A DNA stretch of 63,877 nt, filler included, from Chiloscyllium plagiosum (lineage: Eukaryota), in NCBI RefSeq assembly GCF_004010195.1. It is 5 parts of one record of this genome, joined end to end, with 100 filler letters (N's around TTAATTAATTAA, not from the genome) between each part and the next. Parts side by side here need not be neighbours in the genome. Positions count along the whole stretch, not along the records: positions 22,659 to 37,436 come from NC_057715.1; 4 more parts are not named here. The stretch is one strand, 5' to 3'. Below, piece by piece: positions 25,691 through 37,536 of the stretch. The notes beneath the pieces are model-generated. The model searched no databases, had not been told where the DNA came from, and saw nothing but the letters and a program-made list of their open reading frames with translations. The translations under genes were made by a program, and so were the position numbers. Position 1 is the first letter of the stretch. Each line of letters begins with the position of its first letter.

Positions 25691-26695
25691 CCCCAATTAA
25701 CTTTTGAAAGTTTTTACCTAATAGCATCAAAATTGGCCTCCCTTCAACTTAGAACTTTAACGTTTAGATCCTGTCTATCCTTTTCCATCACTATTTAAAT
25801 CTTATGGTTGCAGACCTCAAGTGCTCCCCCTCTGACACCTCAGTCACTTGCCCTGCTTTATTTCCCAAGAGTAGGTCAAATGTTGCACCTTCTCTAGCTG
25901 GTACATCCACATATTGAATCAGAACATTTCTTTGTACACATTACACAAATTCTTCTCCATTCAAGCCCTTAACACTATGGAAGTCCTAGTGTTTGTTTGG
26001 AAAGTTAAAATTTACCCGAAAGTTTTCAGGGAGCACTACAGACTATCAAAGAAGCCAAGGTCAACTTACATGTTGAGCAAGAAACAATTGCATGATTCTA
26101 CAAGACCCTCCCAGTGCCGTTTGCCTTACATGCAGAACTGGAGGCTGCAAAGTGAAGGAATGATCAAACCAGGATAATTTGTAGAATCACAACACCAGTC
26201 ACACCAATTGTGAAGCCCAACAAGTCAGTTTATCTTTGTGGAATTTTCAAACAAATGGTAAACCACTTTTCATAACTGGATAAATACCCAATCCCTCACA
26301 CAGAGGACTTACACACAACACAGACATGGGAGGGGGGTACTGTCTTTCAAGAAGCTGGAAATGAGCCATGCATACCTGCAATTGTGATTCAATGAGGATT
26401 CCTAGAAGTATGCTACAATTTACACATACAAGGGTTTGTACCAATATATGAGACTGCCTTTTGTCTGTGCTATTTTCTAATGGACGATGGAGAACATTTT
26501 ATGAGATCTACCCCAGGTTGCCATTTATCGGGATGACAAACAAAGAGCATTTAGAGAACTTGAATGTAATCGTTCTTCACTGCGGATGTATGCTTTAGGA
26601 GGAATTAATGTGTGTTGAGGCACCTCAAATGAACTACTTTCATCTGTTCGAAGATAGTGAGGGCAATCAAAGTGAGGATACCCCGGCATCCCTGT

Positions 26696-27280
26696 CTGTA
26701 CCAGAGCTTAGGTCTTTCCTTGGCTTGGTGAATTATTACAGAAAATGCATATACAATCTGGCCTCCATCTGGTACCCTTATACCTGCTATTGAAAATGTC
26801 TCAGCTTGGAAAACGGTCTTGTAGCCAAGATATGGTCTTCAGGGAAGTGAAGAAGCAGCTATTGACCTCTGAGATGACGGACCACGATCCCAAAGAAGAT
26901 GTGGTGCTGACATGCAATGCTACACCTGCTCGTCACCCCCCCACTACCCCACCGCCACCTGCCCACCCCCAGCGCCCCCCCACACAGTTAAGGCGGGGGG
27001 GCGCTGGGGGTGGGCAGGTGGCGGTGGGGTAGTGGGGGGGTGACGAGCAGGTGTAGCATTGCATGTCAGCACCACATCTTCTTTGGGATCGTGGTCCGTC
27101 ATCTCAGAGGTCAATAACTGCTTCTTCACTTCCCTGAAGACTATATCTTGGCTACAAGACCGTTTTCCAAGCTGAGACATTTTCAATAGCAGGTATAAGG
27201 GTACCAGATGGAGGCCAGATTGTATATGAATTTTCTGTAATAATTCACCAAGCCAAGGAAAGACCTAAGCTCCGGTACAG
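26696..27280. repeat. Near-perfect inverted repeat: 286-bp arms (26696-26981 / 26995-27280), 13-nt spacer
   Basis: Arms are colinear without indels, with about 4 substitutions by eye. The inner about 55 bp are C-rich/G-rich and not obviously Gypsy-derived. Confidence 0.95.
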
Positions 27281-28226
27281 GGCTATTTAAAGAGGACAGG
27301 GCCATGCTGTCCATTGTTTCAGATCAATTCAGCAGTGGGCTCTTATTCTGAGTGCATTCAATTACAAGTTGAAGCACCATCTGGGAGGCCAAGTGGCAAT
27401 TGCAGGTGCCTTCAGCCACCTCCCACTGGTGGATACACCACAAATGATGCTGTCTCTAAAAGAGTTTGTTCTGGTTCTAAACCTTCTGAACTCCCTTCTG
27501 GTCACTGTTGACAATATCTGATGGTGGACACAAAAAGATCCTGCACTGATCAAACTGAAACAGCTGGAGGTGATGGGGAAGCAAAAGGGCCATCACAACC
27601 AGAATTGAAGCCCCCTGACAAGAACCAGGTCACCATAGAGGATGGCACATTATTATTGGGAGCAAAAGTGATTGTTCCCTAGCAAAGGTCACTGAGTAAA
27701 GATTCTGGCTGAACTCCACCAGGGGTTTCCAAAATTAAAATGTTGGTGAGTAGTTATGTCTGGCGGCCAGGATTGGATGCTGACATAACCGCATTGGTGG
27801 GACAGTGCCCACAATGACACAAGTTACTACTAGCAGCTCCCCCACATTCAGGGGAATGGCTGAGTAAACTCTGAACTCCATTACACATTGACCATGCTGG
27901 TCCTTTCATGTGCTCTATAGTTTTAGTCATTGTGGACAATCATTCAAAGTGGTTGAATGGTATAAAATTCATTCATCAAACACAGGGACGACGTTGCGAG
28001 CATCTTTGGAATACAAGGACTCCAGGCAAGTGTTGGACACAGACAACGGGCCACTATTTACCAGCAGGGAATTTGAGTATTTCCTAAGGTCAAATGGCAT
28101 TTGGTATGTTAAATTCAGCTCCATACCATCAATTGTCCAATGGCCTGGCAGAAAGAGCAATCCAAACTTTAAAGGCAGCCTTGAAGAAACAGTTTCACTT
28201 GATACCAAACTGTCCCAGTTTCTGTT

Positions 28227-28445
28227 TGAATGAGCTGCCAGAGGATGTGGTGGAGGCTGGTACATTGGCAACATTTAAGAGGCATTTAGATGGGTATATG
28301 AATAGGAAGGGTTTGGAGGGATATGGGCTGGGTGCTGGCAGGTGGGACTAGATTGGGTTGGGATATCTGGTTGGCATGGACAGGTTGGACCGAAGGGTCT
28401 GTTTCCATGCTGTACATCTCTATGACTCTATGACTCCATGACTAT
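28227..28445 (+). mobile_element. Short CR1 3' end inserted in the Gypsy integrase
   Basis: gaatgagctgccagagg...ctatgactctatgactccatgacta interrupts the FLF|DYRAT integrase motif. Confidence 0.9.
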
Positions 28446-28664
28446 AGGGCCACCTTTCATGCAACTACAGGGACAGCTCGAGCAGAGTTGACGATGGGGT
28501 GAAACTCCACACCAGGTTAAATCTGATCTTCCTGGACCTTACGGGGAGGGTGAAACAGCAACAGGAGCGCCAGTAAAATACACAAAACTCCTCTAAGTGA
28601 GAGAGGCAGTTTATTTCAGGGGAATAAATTTGGTGTCAAAACCATGGGAATGGACTTGCATAGG

Positions 28665-29693
28665 TATTGAAAAGCTGGGTTGAGTAACTGTAGATTGGGA
28701 GGCGGGAAGTTAGAATTTGGTGTTTGTAAAATTGTCAATTGCTAGGTGGAAAGCGTTGCATGGCCCCTTTAAAAGACGGCGCTTTTTCTGTGCTTAGAGA
28801 TTTAAAATTGATGTCTGTGAGCAGCAGCTTGAGTTTGCCAGTACACAGGGAGCCTGAACTGAAACATTTGGATTGAAAGGCCGTACAGTTAGTAGGCCAA
28901 GCAGCAGTTTTTACCAAGACAACAGGTTTTTGAATTTAGCCAATCATTTTGAACCAGGCACTTAGATACCTAAAACCTATTCAATTTAAATTTGATTGTT
29001 TTGACAGCACAGGGCCAATCCTATTGTAGGAAATATTGATATGTCATTACAGGTATAAAAGAAGGGACAGTTGGACAGAGACCCCAGAGCTAACTGCTAT
29101 CCACCAGAGCTAACAGTCCTCAGCTCTTGAGATAGAATTGTTGGCTCTCACAGTCATCTATACATTAGAGAAAGCACCATCTAAATAATAACAGTGGCAA
29201 TTGTGGAGAAGGCATTCCTGACAGAAAGAACAATGAAGGTTTCCAGACAGAAGACTGTTGGAGAAGATGCTCCTGACAGAAGAATCGATAGAGAAAGTGT
29301 TCCTGACAGAAGAATCAACGAAGAAGACACGGAACATTCTAGAAGACACATAACCTGGTTGTAATTTCAACAAATGAGTGAAACTTGTATTTATTGGAAG
29401 AGCATACCATTAGAATCTTGTTTTATTCAGGGATAGTTATTAGTTAGAAGGGATTTATTTGGTTTGTTAATAGTTTAGTTAATTTGCTCACTTTTAGACT
29501 TTGATAAATAAATTGTTACTTGTTGATTTTAAAGTAAGTGTTAGGTATTTATATTACTTAACCATTCAAAGTTACAGAAAAGCAGGTTTCACCACTTTTC
29601 ACAATCTTTTTACAGATTATAGAGCAAGGCGTTCCTCTTTGTGTGATTGGGTTTTAGTACTCAGAGGGGGTGGGTCAACCTTCATTTATAACA
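28665..29693 (+). mobile_element. Probable solo LTR nested in the Gypsy integrase C-terminus
   Basis: Ends tattgaa...tataaca (degenerate TG..CA), with degenerate TSD atagg/atgtg. CCAAT boxes at about 28940 and 29014, TATAAAA at about 29054, AATAAA at about 29507. Host frame NHGNGLA..|..KGMVD resumes after it. Confidence 0.7.
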
Positions 29694-30080
29694 ATGTGTA
29701 AAAGGCATGGTTGACATGCCAGTTCTCATGACGTGCAAAGTTCTGGTGGGAGAGGCCATCCTGAACAAGTGTGTGGGTTACATGAATGCTGTAAACCTAG
29801 CAACCAGGGCAGGAACAAAATATATCTGGCCCCTCAGGCTGGTGACAAGAAGCCTCTGAGAAAGCCTCATGGCAGATTTCACAGTCTCAACATTGTTACT
29901 GCCTGAAATAGAAGATGAATTTTGGTCCAGATGCTCTGAGCACAAAAGGCAGGCTGCGGTCCAGTACATGCTGCCCACATCTGAGGCAGAGTCAGAGGAA
30001 CCAGACCAATGCGAAAACACTCCCGGAGAAACTGCAGGCAAAAGAACAGGCCTACGTCCCAGGACTTAGAGGGAGAAGGA

Positions 30081-30305
30081 TGTAGTGATTGGAGTAAGAT
30101 CAGCCAGGTGGGCCTCATAGAATATGAGTTCTCTGATTGGGGCTGTTAACTTGGTTCAGTCAGAGAGTCATGACTGGCAGATATAAACAAGAATGTCGGG
30201 GGTTTTGCAGACTCTAAGAGCCAGCTCTGAGCTAGCTGATTACAATGCATGTCTAAATAAAGGGTGATTTGGTGATGGGATACCAGACTCAATGAAGTTA
30301 TTTCA
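30081..30305 (+). repeat. Gypsy 3' LTR (225 bp)
   Basis: tgtagtga...ttatttca directly after the PPT; internal gatataaa and aataaa. Confidence 0.85.
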
Positions 30306-30431
30306 CCAAGCAAATTTCAAATCCATGCTGTTACTGTTCCTTGTTCTTTGTGGATTATAGCTTGGCTGATAAGCCTGCTATATGACACTTAAATGTATTT
30401 TGGACATGTATGAGCACCATCAAAATTGATT

Positions 30432-30645
30432 TGGGGGTTGGTTAACTCAATTGGCTAGATGACTGGTGAGTAATGCCAGCAACATGTGTTCAACTGCTAC
30501 ACCAGCTGAAGGTCATGAAGATCCCATCCTCTCAACCTTGCCCCTCCCTTGAAGCATGATGACCTTCAGGTAAATTCACCTTGAGTTGTTTCTAATGAAA
30601 GAACAACCCAATGGTTCCCTGGCACTATGGTTGATTTACTCTTTA
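30432..30645 (+). mobile_element. Old tRNA-derived SINE
   Basis: A-box-like ttggttaactcaattgg and B-box-like gtgttcaactgc, then ctctcaaccttgcccctc...gaccttcaggtaaa. Confidence 0.5.
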
Positions 30646-31234
30646 CCTTTACACATAATAAAACACAAAACCATTAACAACTCATTCAAAACACAATCAA
30701 GTTACTGAAAAATGATTTTAACAATTTTAATTATTTTGTACAGATTTTCCTTAATTCATCCATGTTTGTCCAAGTATTTTTCCTCCAAAATGGTCATTTC
30801 ATAAAGCTTTATCACCAGCACATGGTTAAACTGGCTGGCCTGTAATTTTTGAGCTGATCTTTACATTTTCTTAACAATTAGAGGAACAGGGCAGAGGAGG
30901 GTTATAAGACAAGCAGTCAACACCTAGGAAAAAATCTGGAAGTTGTTAGAAGAGCTTTGGTGAATTTCCACAGTGCATCTTTTAGCTGGCACACATTGCT
31001 GCCTTTGTGTGACAGTGGTGCAAGACATCAACATTGAGTGTGATGCCAATCAAGTGGGCTATTTTATCAGTACAAATCTAAGAATCAAACAACAGGTCAG
31101 GCCAGAAGACATGATTATGTAAAGACAGGGCTCTTATGGTATAGCGGTAATGTCCTTACCTCTGGACCAGAAGATCTAAGTTCAAATTTTACCCGCCTGT
31201 ATATGTATTGTTACGTGTCCAAACACTATATCTG

Positions 31235-31945
31235 ACTAAAATTGTGTGGAAACAGGTCAGAAGACTGGACAGAAGCAGGAAAACATTTTCACCTAGAGGG
31301 TAGAGTTGGTCTGGAATACACTGCCTGGGAAAGTAGATGCAACAGAAATAAAACCCATTAAAAAGTACTTGGATGAGCACTTGAAGCATCATAACTTTCA
31401 AGATCATGGGTCTTGTGCAGGAAAGTAGGGCTAGTGTAGGTAATAGTGTATCTTTGGTAGTACAAACTCAATGAGCTGAAGAGCCTTTTCTGTTCTGTAT
31501 GATTCAATGAAACATATAAGATCCTGAATGGTCATGATAGGGTAGATGTGGAGAAGATGTCTCTTCATAATGGAGTCCCTAGAACAAGGGTTGACTCTGC
31601 AGAAATCAAGGATCGGTTAAAACAGAGAGTAAGCAATACATTTTTTCTTTGGAGCTGGGTAGGGTAGGGTAGGGAAGGAAGGGAGGGAGAGAAAGAGAGG
31701 GAGGGAGGAAAAGGGAGGGAGGAAAAGGGAAGGAGGAAGGGAGGGAAGGAAGGAAGGAGGGAAGGGAGGGTGAGAAGGGAGGGAAGGAGGGAAGGAAGGG
31801 AAGGAAGGGATCATCAGGAGTTGATGAGGATATTGATTTAAGATTACAATCAGATAAACTGCGATCTCATTGAACTATAGTGCAGGGTCAAAGGGCAGAA
31901 TGGCTTACCACTATTCCTGATTCATATATTTGTATGTTCCTATGA
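31235..31945 (+). mobile_element. Two old CR1 3' fragments
   Basis: HFHLEG..VWNTLPGKV and ETYKILNGHDRVDVEKM remnants plus 3' UTRs. Confidence 0.65.
31657..31811. repeat. Polypurine (GGAA/GGGA)n low-complexity tract
   Basis: gggtagggtagggtagggaaggaagggagggag... Confidence 0.95.
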
Positions 31946-32420
31946 ATTTCTCCAGGCTTTCCTCTACAGCTGCCATGGCTGGGCTTCGCTTTCCACAGCT
32001 TTGTTTAACTGTGTGAAGTCCACACAGATATCATGTGAGGTATTCAATTTGAGAAATGAAACCATCCCTGAAACACCAACTAATTAGTTACATTACTGAT
32101 GATGACTCCCTGATACAGCATCAACAATGTCTTGCTTAGCCTTCGTAGAAGTAGGTGAAGGATGTTTGTCATAGTGGAAAGGGATATCAGTTCAGTATCC
32201 AGTCTTAGCATAGTACTGTCAGGCATGCTGTGTTTCCTCAGGCTAGTGAATAACTTTGGAAAATCTGACCTGAATTCTTCTCATTTCTCCTGGTTGCACA
32301 ATTTGTCCATCTTGTATGAGTTGGAGATCCAAGCAAACTGGTTCACAGGTACAACATAAACTTTAACTGCCTGTCAGGGTAGGTCTCAATTCTTTTGAAC
32401 ACAGTATGTTAGAATGGAAG
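31945..32420 (-). mobile_element. Degenerate Gypsy RT fragment
   Basis: Minus strand reads ...DFPKLFTSL...ICVDFTQLNKAVESEAQPMAAVEESLEKF (Gypsy RT ICVD...LNK motif). Confidence 0.7.
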
Positions 32421-34663
32421 TCGGAACATTTCCAACCCTCAACCATTCAATTTCGTTTACTCCTCAAATTGCATATGAGGGCATGAGATGATGACTAAAA
32501 TGGATGCAAAGAATAGGTTTACGAGAAAAGAGACAAGAACTGCATTAAGTCATAATCAGATTTGATGGCCCAGTACAGAATGATGGGCCAAGTGACCTCC
32601 CTTTATATGGTAATAATTATGTGATTGTGTAATTTAGGAAGGATAGGCATAAAGGAAATTGGAGATGGAGTTATGCTGAAAATAAGGGATGGGATAGGTA
32701 TATTAGTGATAGAGAACCTCTGCTTGGAAGAACAAAAATGGAGGATTTATTCAGGGTAAGCTAAGAAACAGCAAGGGGCAATAAGGATTGATAAGATTTG
32801 TTTATAGGCAAAACAGGAATGGCAGTGTGGGGCATAGTGTTAATCAGGAGATTGGAGAAGCACATACCATGGGCAACACAATTATCATTGGATGATTTCA
32901 GTCTGCTTCTAGCCCTTGTAAACCTAATGATGGGAGCTCTTGTGGGATAACGGTAATGTCCCTATCTATCAGTCAGAATGCCTGTGTAGGAAGTGGAATG
33001 AACCTTATAAATAACATCTCTTTTGGGACACTAAAACCAACATTGACCAACTCAACAGCATGCTGGGAAAATTGATTAACTGAACAGCATGCTGGGAAGG
33101 AAACTGAGATAGTAAGCCATATAATCTACAATAATCCAACAAGGAAAAGTAGTAAACCACACAAAATATTTAAAGGACATTGAACAGTGCAGGAGAGAGA
33201 GACAACGTGCACAGTTACTGCCTTTGCTGTTTTTGAATTCATGTGTCACTGCACTTTGGAGTGCATCTGGGAAAATTAACAAACAGTGAATTTCACAACT
33301 AGTCTTGGAGGAACCGGTTTGGGCGAAGTTCACAGCACAGAATCAGATAAGTTAATCATTGTTTTAAGTCTGCCCAAGCGAAAGGCTGCAGTAGTGAGTA
33401 CACTGGGTTCTTTCTTGATTATATGTTTTTGGGAGATAAGTCTCTTGATTAAACTTAAAATATAAGCCATAGCTATTAATTTAACCTGATGCAATGTTTT
33501 GTAGAGGAATAAAACGGTGTTATTTTCTGGGTCTGTAGATTGTGAAGGAGCAAAAATGGCCTTTGTAGTGATACGTACTTCTTGTTAGATGTGGGAGTTT
33601 AAAGAGAGTTTAAGGGTTACTGCAGATTATATCTACCATAAATGCTGTTGGATGCGAATCTTACCAGATCGAGTGGATCGGTTGGAGAGACAGATAGAAG
33701 CGATGAGGAATTTGCAACAGCAACAGTATGTGATGGGTGGCAGTTATAGGAAGGGGGGAAAGTCTCAGATACAGTCACAGAGATGGGTTAACTCCAGGAA
33801 GGGTAAGGGAGGTTGGCACCAAGGGCAGGAGTCTTTGTGGATATACCCATTTCAAACAGGTATGCTGTTTTGGAAAATGTAGGGGGTGATGGATTCGCAG
33901 GGGAACATAGCACAAACAGCCAAGTTTCTGGTATTGAGACTGGCTCTAATGCATGAGGGGCATGTCGGCTTCCAAGAGATCAATTGTGTTAGGGGATTCT
34001 GTAATCTGAGGTACAGACAGACATTTCTGTGGCCAGCAGAGAAAATGCAGAATGGTGTGTTGTTTTCCTGGTGCCAGGATCAAGGATGTCTCAGAGAGGG
34101 TGCAGAATGTTCTCACGGGGGAGAGGAGCCAGCAGTAAGTCATTGTCCACACTGGAACCAACGACATTGGAAGGGAAAAGTTGAGACTCTGAAGGGAGAT
34201 TACAGAGAGTTAGGTAGAAATTTAAAAAGGAGGTCCTCAAGGGTAGTAATATCTGGATTACTCCCTGTGCTACGAGCTAGTGAGGGCAGGAATAGGAGGA
34301 TAGAGCAGATGAATGCATGGCTGAGGAGCTGGTGTATGGGAGAAGGATTCACATTTTTGGATCATTGGAATCTCTTCTGGGGTAGAAGTGACCTGTACAA
34401 GAAGGATGGGTTGCACCGAAATTGGAAGGGGATTAATATACTGGCAGGGAAATTTGGCTAGAACTGCTTGGGAGGATTTAAACTAGTAAGGTTGGGGGGG
34501 GGGGGGGTACCCAGGGAGATAATGAGGAAAGAAATCAATTAAATTGCACTAATTTCAATGTAAGGGGCCGAACAGGGAAGGCAGATGAACTCAGGGCATG
34601 GTTAAGAACATGGGACTGGGATATCATAGCAACTACAGAAACATGGCTCAGGGATGGGCAGGA

Positions 34664-34869
34664 GAACATTAGGACTGCAGATGCTGGAGTACCAGAGTTG
34701 AAAAGTGTGGTGCTGGAAAAGCGCAGCAGGCCAGGCAGCATCCGAGGAGCAGGAGAATCGACGTTCCGGGCATAAATTCCTGAAGAAGGGCTTATGCCCA
34801 AAACGTCGATTCTCCTGCTCCTCGGATGCTGCCTGGCCTGCTGCGATTTTCCAGCACCACATGTTTCAA
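34664..34869. mobile_element. About 206-bp palindromic PLE-derived element with hammerhead motif and 14-17-bp TSD
   Basis: Arms gagttgaaaagtgtggtgctggaaaa...cgggcataa / ttatgccc...ttttccagcaccacatgtttcaactc. TSD ctcagggatgggcagga (34647-34663) / ctcaggaatgggcagga (34870-34886). Confidence 0.9.
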
Positions 34870-35136
34870 CTCAGGAATGGGCAGGACTGGCAGCTTAATG
34901 TTCCAGGATACAAATGCTACAGGAAGGATAGAAAGGAAGGCAAGAGAGGAGGGGGAGTGGCATTTTTGATAAAGGATAGCATTGCAGCTGTGCTGAGTGA
35001 GGATATTCCTGGAAAAACATCCAGGCAGGTTAATTGGATGGAACTGAGAAATAAGAAAGGGATGATCACCTTATTGGGATTGTATTATAGACCCCCTAAT
35101 AGTCAGATGGAAATTGAGAAACAAACTTGTAAGGAG

Positions 35137-37153
35137 GTATCAAATCTTGTGGTGGGAGAGCATTTTGGTGATAGTGACCACAACTGCCTCACATTCTACA
35201 TAGCTTTGGAGAAGGAGGGGATTAAGCAAATGGGAGGATATTTAATTGGGGAAGAGGAAACTATGATGCGATTAGACATGAGTTAGGAAGCATGGATTGA
35301 GAGCAATTGTTCCATGATAAAGGCACTATAGACATGTGGAGACTGTTTAAGGAACAGTTGTTACAAGTGATGAATAAATATATCCCTCTGAAACAGGCAA
35401 GAAGTGGTAAGATAAAGGAACCTTGGATGACGAGAGCAGTGGAGCTTCTCATCAAAAGGACAAAAGGTAGCTTACATAAGGTAGAGGAAGCTAGGGTCAA
35501 GCTCAGCTCCACAGGATTACAGGCAGGTTTGAAGAGCAGGTGTGCATGCTGAAATGGATAGAGATGGAGGAAGCTGATGTGCTGAAAATTTTGTCAAATG
35601 TTAAGATTGACAAATTGCCAAGCCCGGACCAGATTTGTCCTCGGCTGCTTTGGGAAACGAGAAATGCAATTGTTTCGCCATTTGCGAAGATCTTTCCACT
35701 GGAGTCATACCTGAGGACTGAAGAGAGGCAAATGTAATTCCTCTCTTCAGGAAACGAAATAGGGATATCCCCGGCAATTACAGACCAGTAAGTCTCACGT
35801 CTGTCGTCTGCAAGGTGTTAGAAAGGATTCTGAGGGATAGAATTTATGACCTTCTGGAAGAGCATGGCTTGCTTAAATGCAGTCAACACAGCTTGTGAGG
35901 GGCAGGTCATGCCTCACAAACCTTATCGAGTTATTTGAGGATGTGACTAGAAAAGTTGATGAGGGTCGAGCTGTGGATGTGGTGTATATGGACTTCAGCA
36001 AGGTATTTGATAAGGTTCCCCATGGTAGGCTCATTCAGAAGGTCAGGAGGAATGGGGTACAGGAGAATTTAACTGCCTGGATACATATTTGGCTGGCCAA
36101 CAGAAGACAGTAGTGGTAGTAGAAGGAAAATATTCTGCCTGGAAGTCTGTGGTGAGTGGTGTTCCACAGGGCTCTGTCCTTGGGCCTCTACGATTTGTAA
36201 TGTTTATTAATGACTTGGATGAAGGATTGAAGGATGGGTCAGCAGGTTTGCAGTCAACACAAAGGTTGGAGGTGTCATTGACAGTATAGAGGGCTGTTGT
36301 AGGCTACAGCGAGACATTGTAGGCTACAGCGATGCAAGATGGGCTGAGAGGTGGCAATGGAGTTCAACCTGGATAAACGTGAGGTGATGCATTTTGGAAG
36401 GTCGAATTTGAAAGCTGAGTACAGGATTAAGGATAGGATTCTTGGCAGTGTGGAGGAACAGAGGGATCTTGGTGTGCAGGTACATAGATCCCTTAAAATG
36501 GCCACCCAAGTGGATAGGATTGTTAAGAAAGCATATGGTGTTTTGGCTTTCATTAACAGGGGGATTGAGTTTTAGAATCATGAGATCTTGTTGCAAATCT
36601 ATAAAACTTTGGTTAGACCGCACTTGGAATACTGCATTCAGTTCTGGTCGCCCTATTATAAGAAAGATGTGGATGCTTTGGACAGGTTCAGAGGAGGTTT
36701 ACCAGGATGCTGCCTGGACTGGAGGGCTTATCTTATGAAGAGAGGTTGACTGAGCTCAGACTTTTTTCATTGGAGAAAAGGAGGAGGAGAGGGGACCTAA
36801 TTGAGGTATACAAGATAATGAGAGGCATAGATAGAGTCGATAGCCAGAGAATATTTCCCAGGGCAGAAATGACTAACACGAGGGGTCACAGTTTTAAGCT
36901 GGTTGGAGGAAAGTATAGAGGGGATGTCAGAGGCAGGTTCTTTAGACAGAGAGTTGTGAGAGCATAGAATGCGTTGCCAGCAGCAGTTGTGGAAGCAAGA
37001 TCATTGGGGACATTTAAGAGACTGCTGGACATGCATATGGTCACAGAAATTTGAGGGTGCATACATGAGGATCAGTGGTTGGCACAACATCTTGGCTGAA
37101 GGGCCTGTTCTGTGCTGTACGTTCTATGTTCTATGTACTGTTCTATGTTCTTT
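35137..37153 (+). mobile_element. 5'-truncated CR1 of a second family nested in the CR1 APE region
   Basis: [36 protein letters not shown] and RGDLIEVYKIM, with a (ttctatg)n tail. The host resumes aaggag|...|gagatctcagc. Confidence 0.92.
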
Positions 37154-37436
37154 GAGATCTCAGCTATCTATAAGATTAATAGGGTGGCTATGATAGGGGG
37201 TTTTAACTTTCCAAACATAGACTGGGACTGCCATAGTGTTAAAGGTTTAGATGGAGAGGAATTTCTTATGTGCGTACAAGACAATTTTCTGATTCAGTAT
37301 GTGGATGTACCTACTAGGGAAGGTGCAAAACTTGACCTACTCTTGGGAAATAAGGCAATGCAGGGCAGGTGACTGAGGTGTCGGGGGGGAAGCACTTTGG
37401 GGCCAGCAACCATAATTCTATTTGTTTTAAAAACGT

Positions 37437-37536
37437 NNNNNNNNNNNNNNNNNNNNNNNNNNNNNNNNNNNNNNNNNNNNTTAATTAATTAANNNNNNNN
37501 NNNNNNNNNNNNNNNNNNNNNNNNNNNNNNNNNNNN
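37437..37536. other. Synthetic contig linker N44-TTAATTAATTAA-N44
   Basis: Same structure as 22559-22658. Confidence 0.97.

Larger units (their letters stand above)
22895..26012 (-). mobile_element. CR1 (HER1-like) ORF2, degenerate, with nested PLE copies
   Basis: LERVQKRFSRML, SQHGFVNGKSCFTNLIEFFEEVT, EMGEILNEYF and ILTFQTN remnants. Confidence 0.9.
26013..30305 (+). mobile_element. Ty3/Gypsy LTR retrotransposon, degenerate pol (RT, RNase H, integrase) with PPT and 3' LTR
   Basis: PVPFAL, PIVKPNKSVYLCG, ELRSFLGLVNYY, VLTCNATP, QWALILSAFNY, TDNGPLFTSREFEYFLRSNGI and SAPYHQLSNGLAERAIQTLK. PPT agagggagaagga at 30068-30080. Confidence 0.92.
33185..37436 (+). mobile_element. CR1 (HER1-like) 5' part: partial 5' UTR, ORF1 (SGNH esterase-like) and APE, with two nested insertions; runs into a gap
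   Basis: RVVISGLLPVLRASEGRNRRIEQMNAWLRSWCMGEGFTFLDHW...DGLHRN (ORF1); LNVPGYKCYRKDR...GLYYRPPNS and IGGFNFPNIDWD (APE). Confidence 0.92.

Noticed and set aside
26745..27186. Two opposite-strand ORFs encoding the same proline-rich peptide
   Set aside because: A trivial consequence of the inverted duplication; off-frame Gypsy sequence plus a C-rich tract.
29200..29345. Regularly spaced repeats resembling a CRISPR array
   Set aside because: Degenerate tandem units inside an LTR, eukaryotic context, no unique spacers or cas genes.
31617..31814. Pro/Ser/Phe-rich ORF
   Set aside because: Translation of a GA-rich microsatellite.
31957..32040. Apparent AG/GT-bounded open exon (AFLYSCHGWASLSTALFNCVKSTQISCE)
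   Set aside because: It is the antisense of a Gypsy RT motif (ICVDFTQLNKAV).
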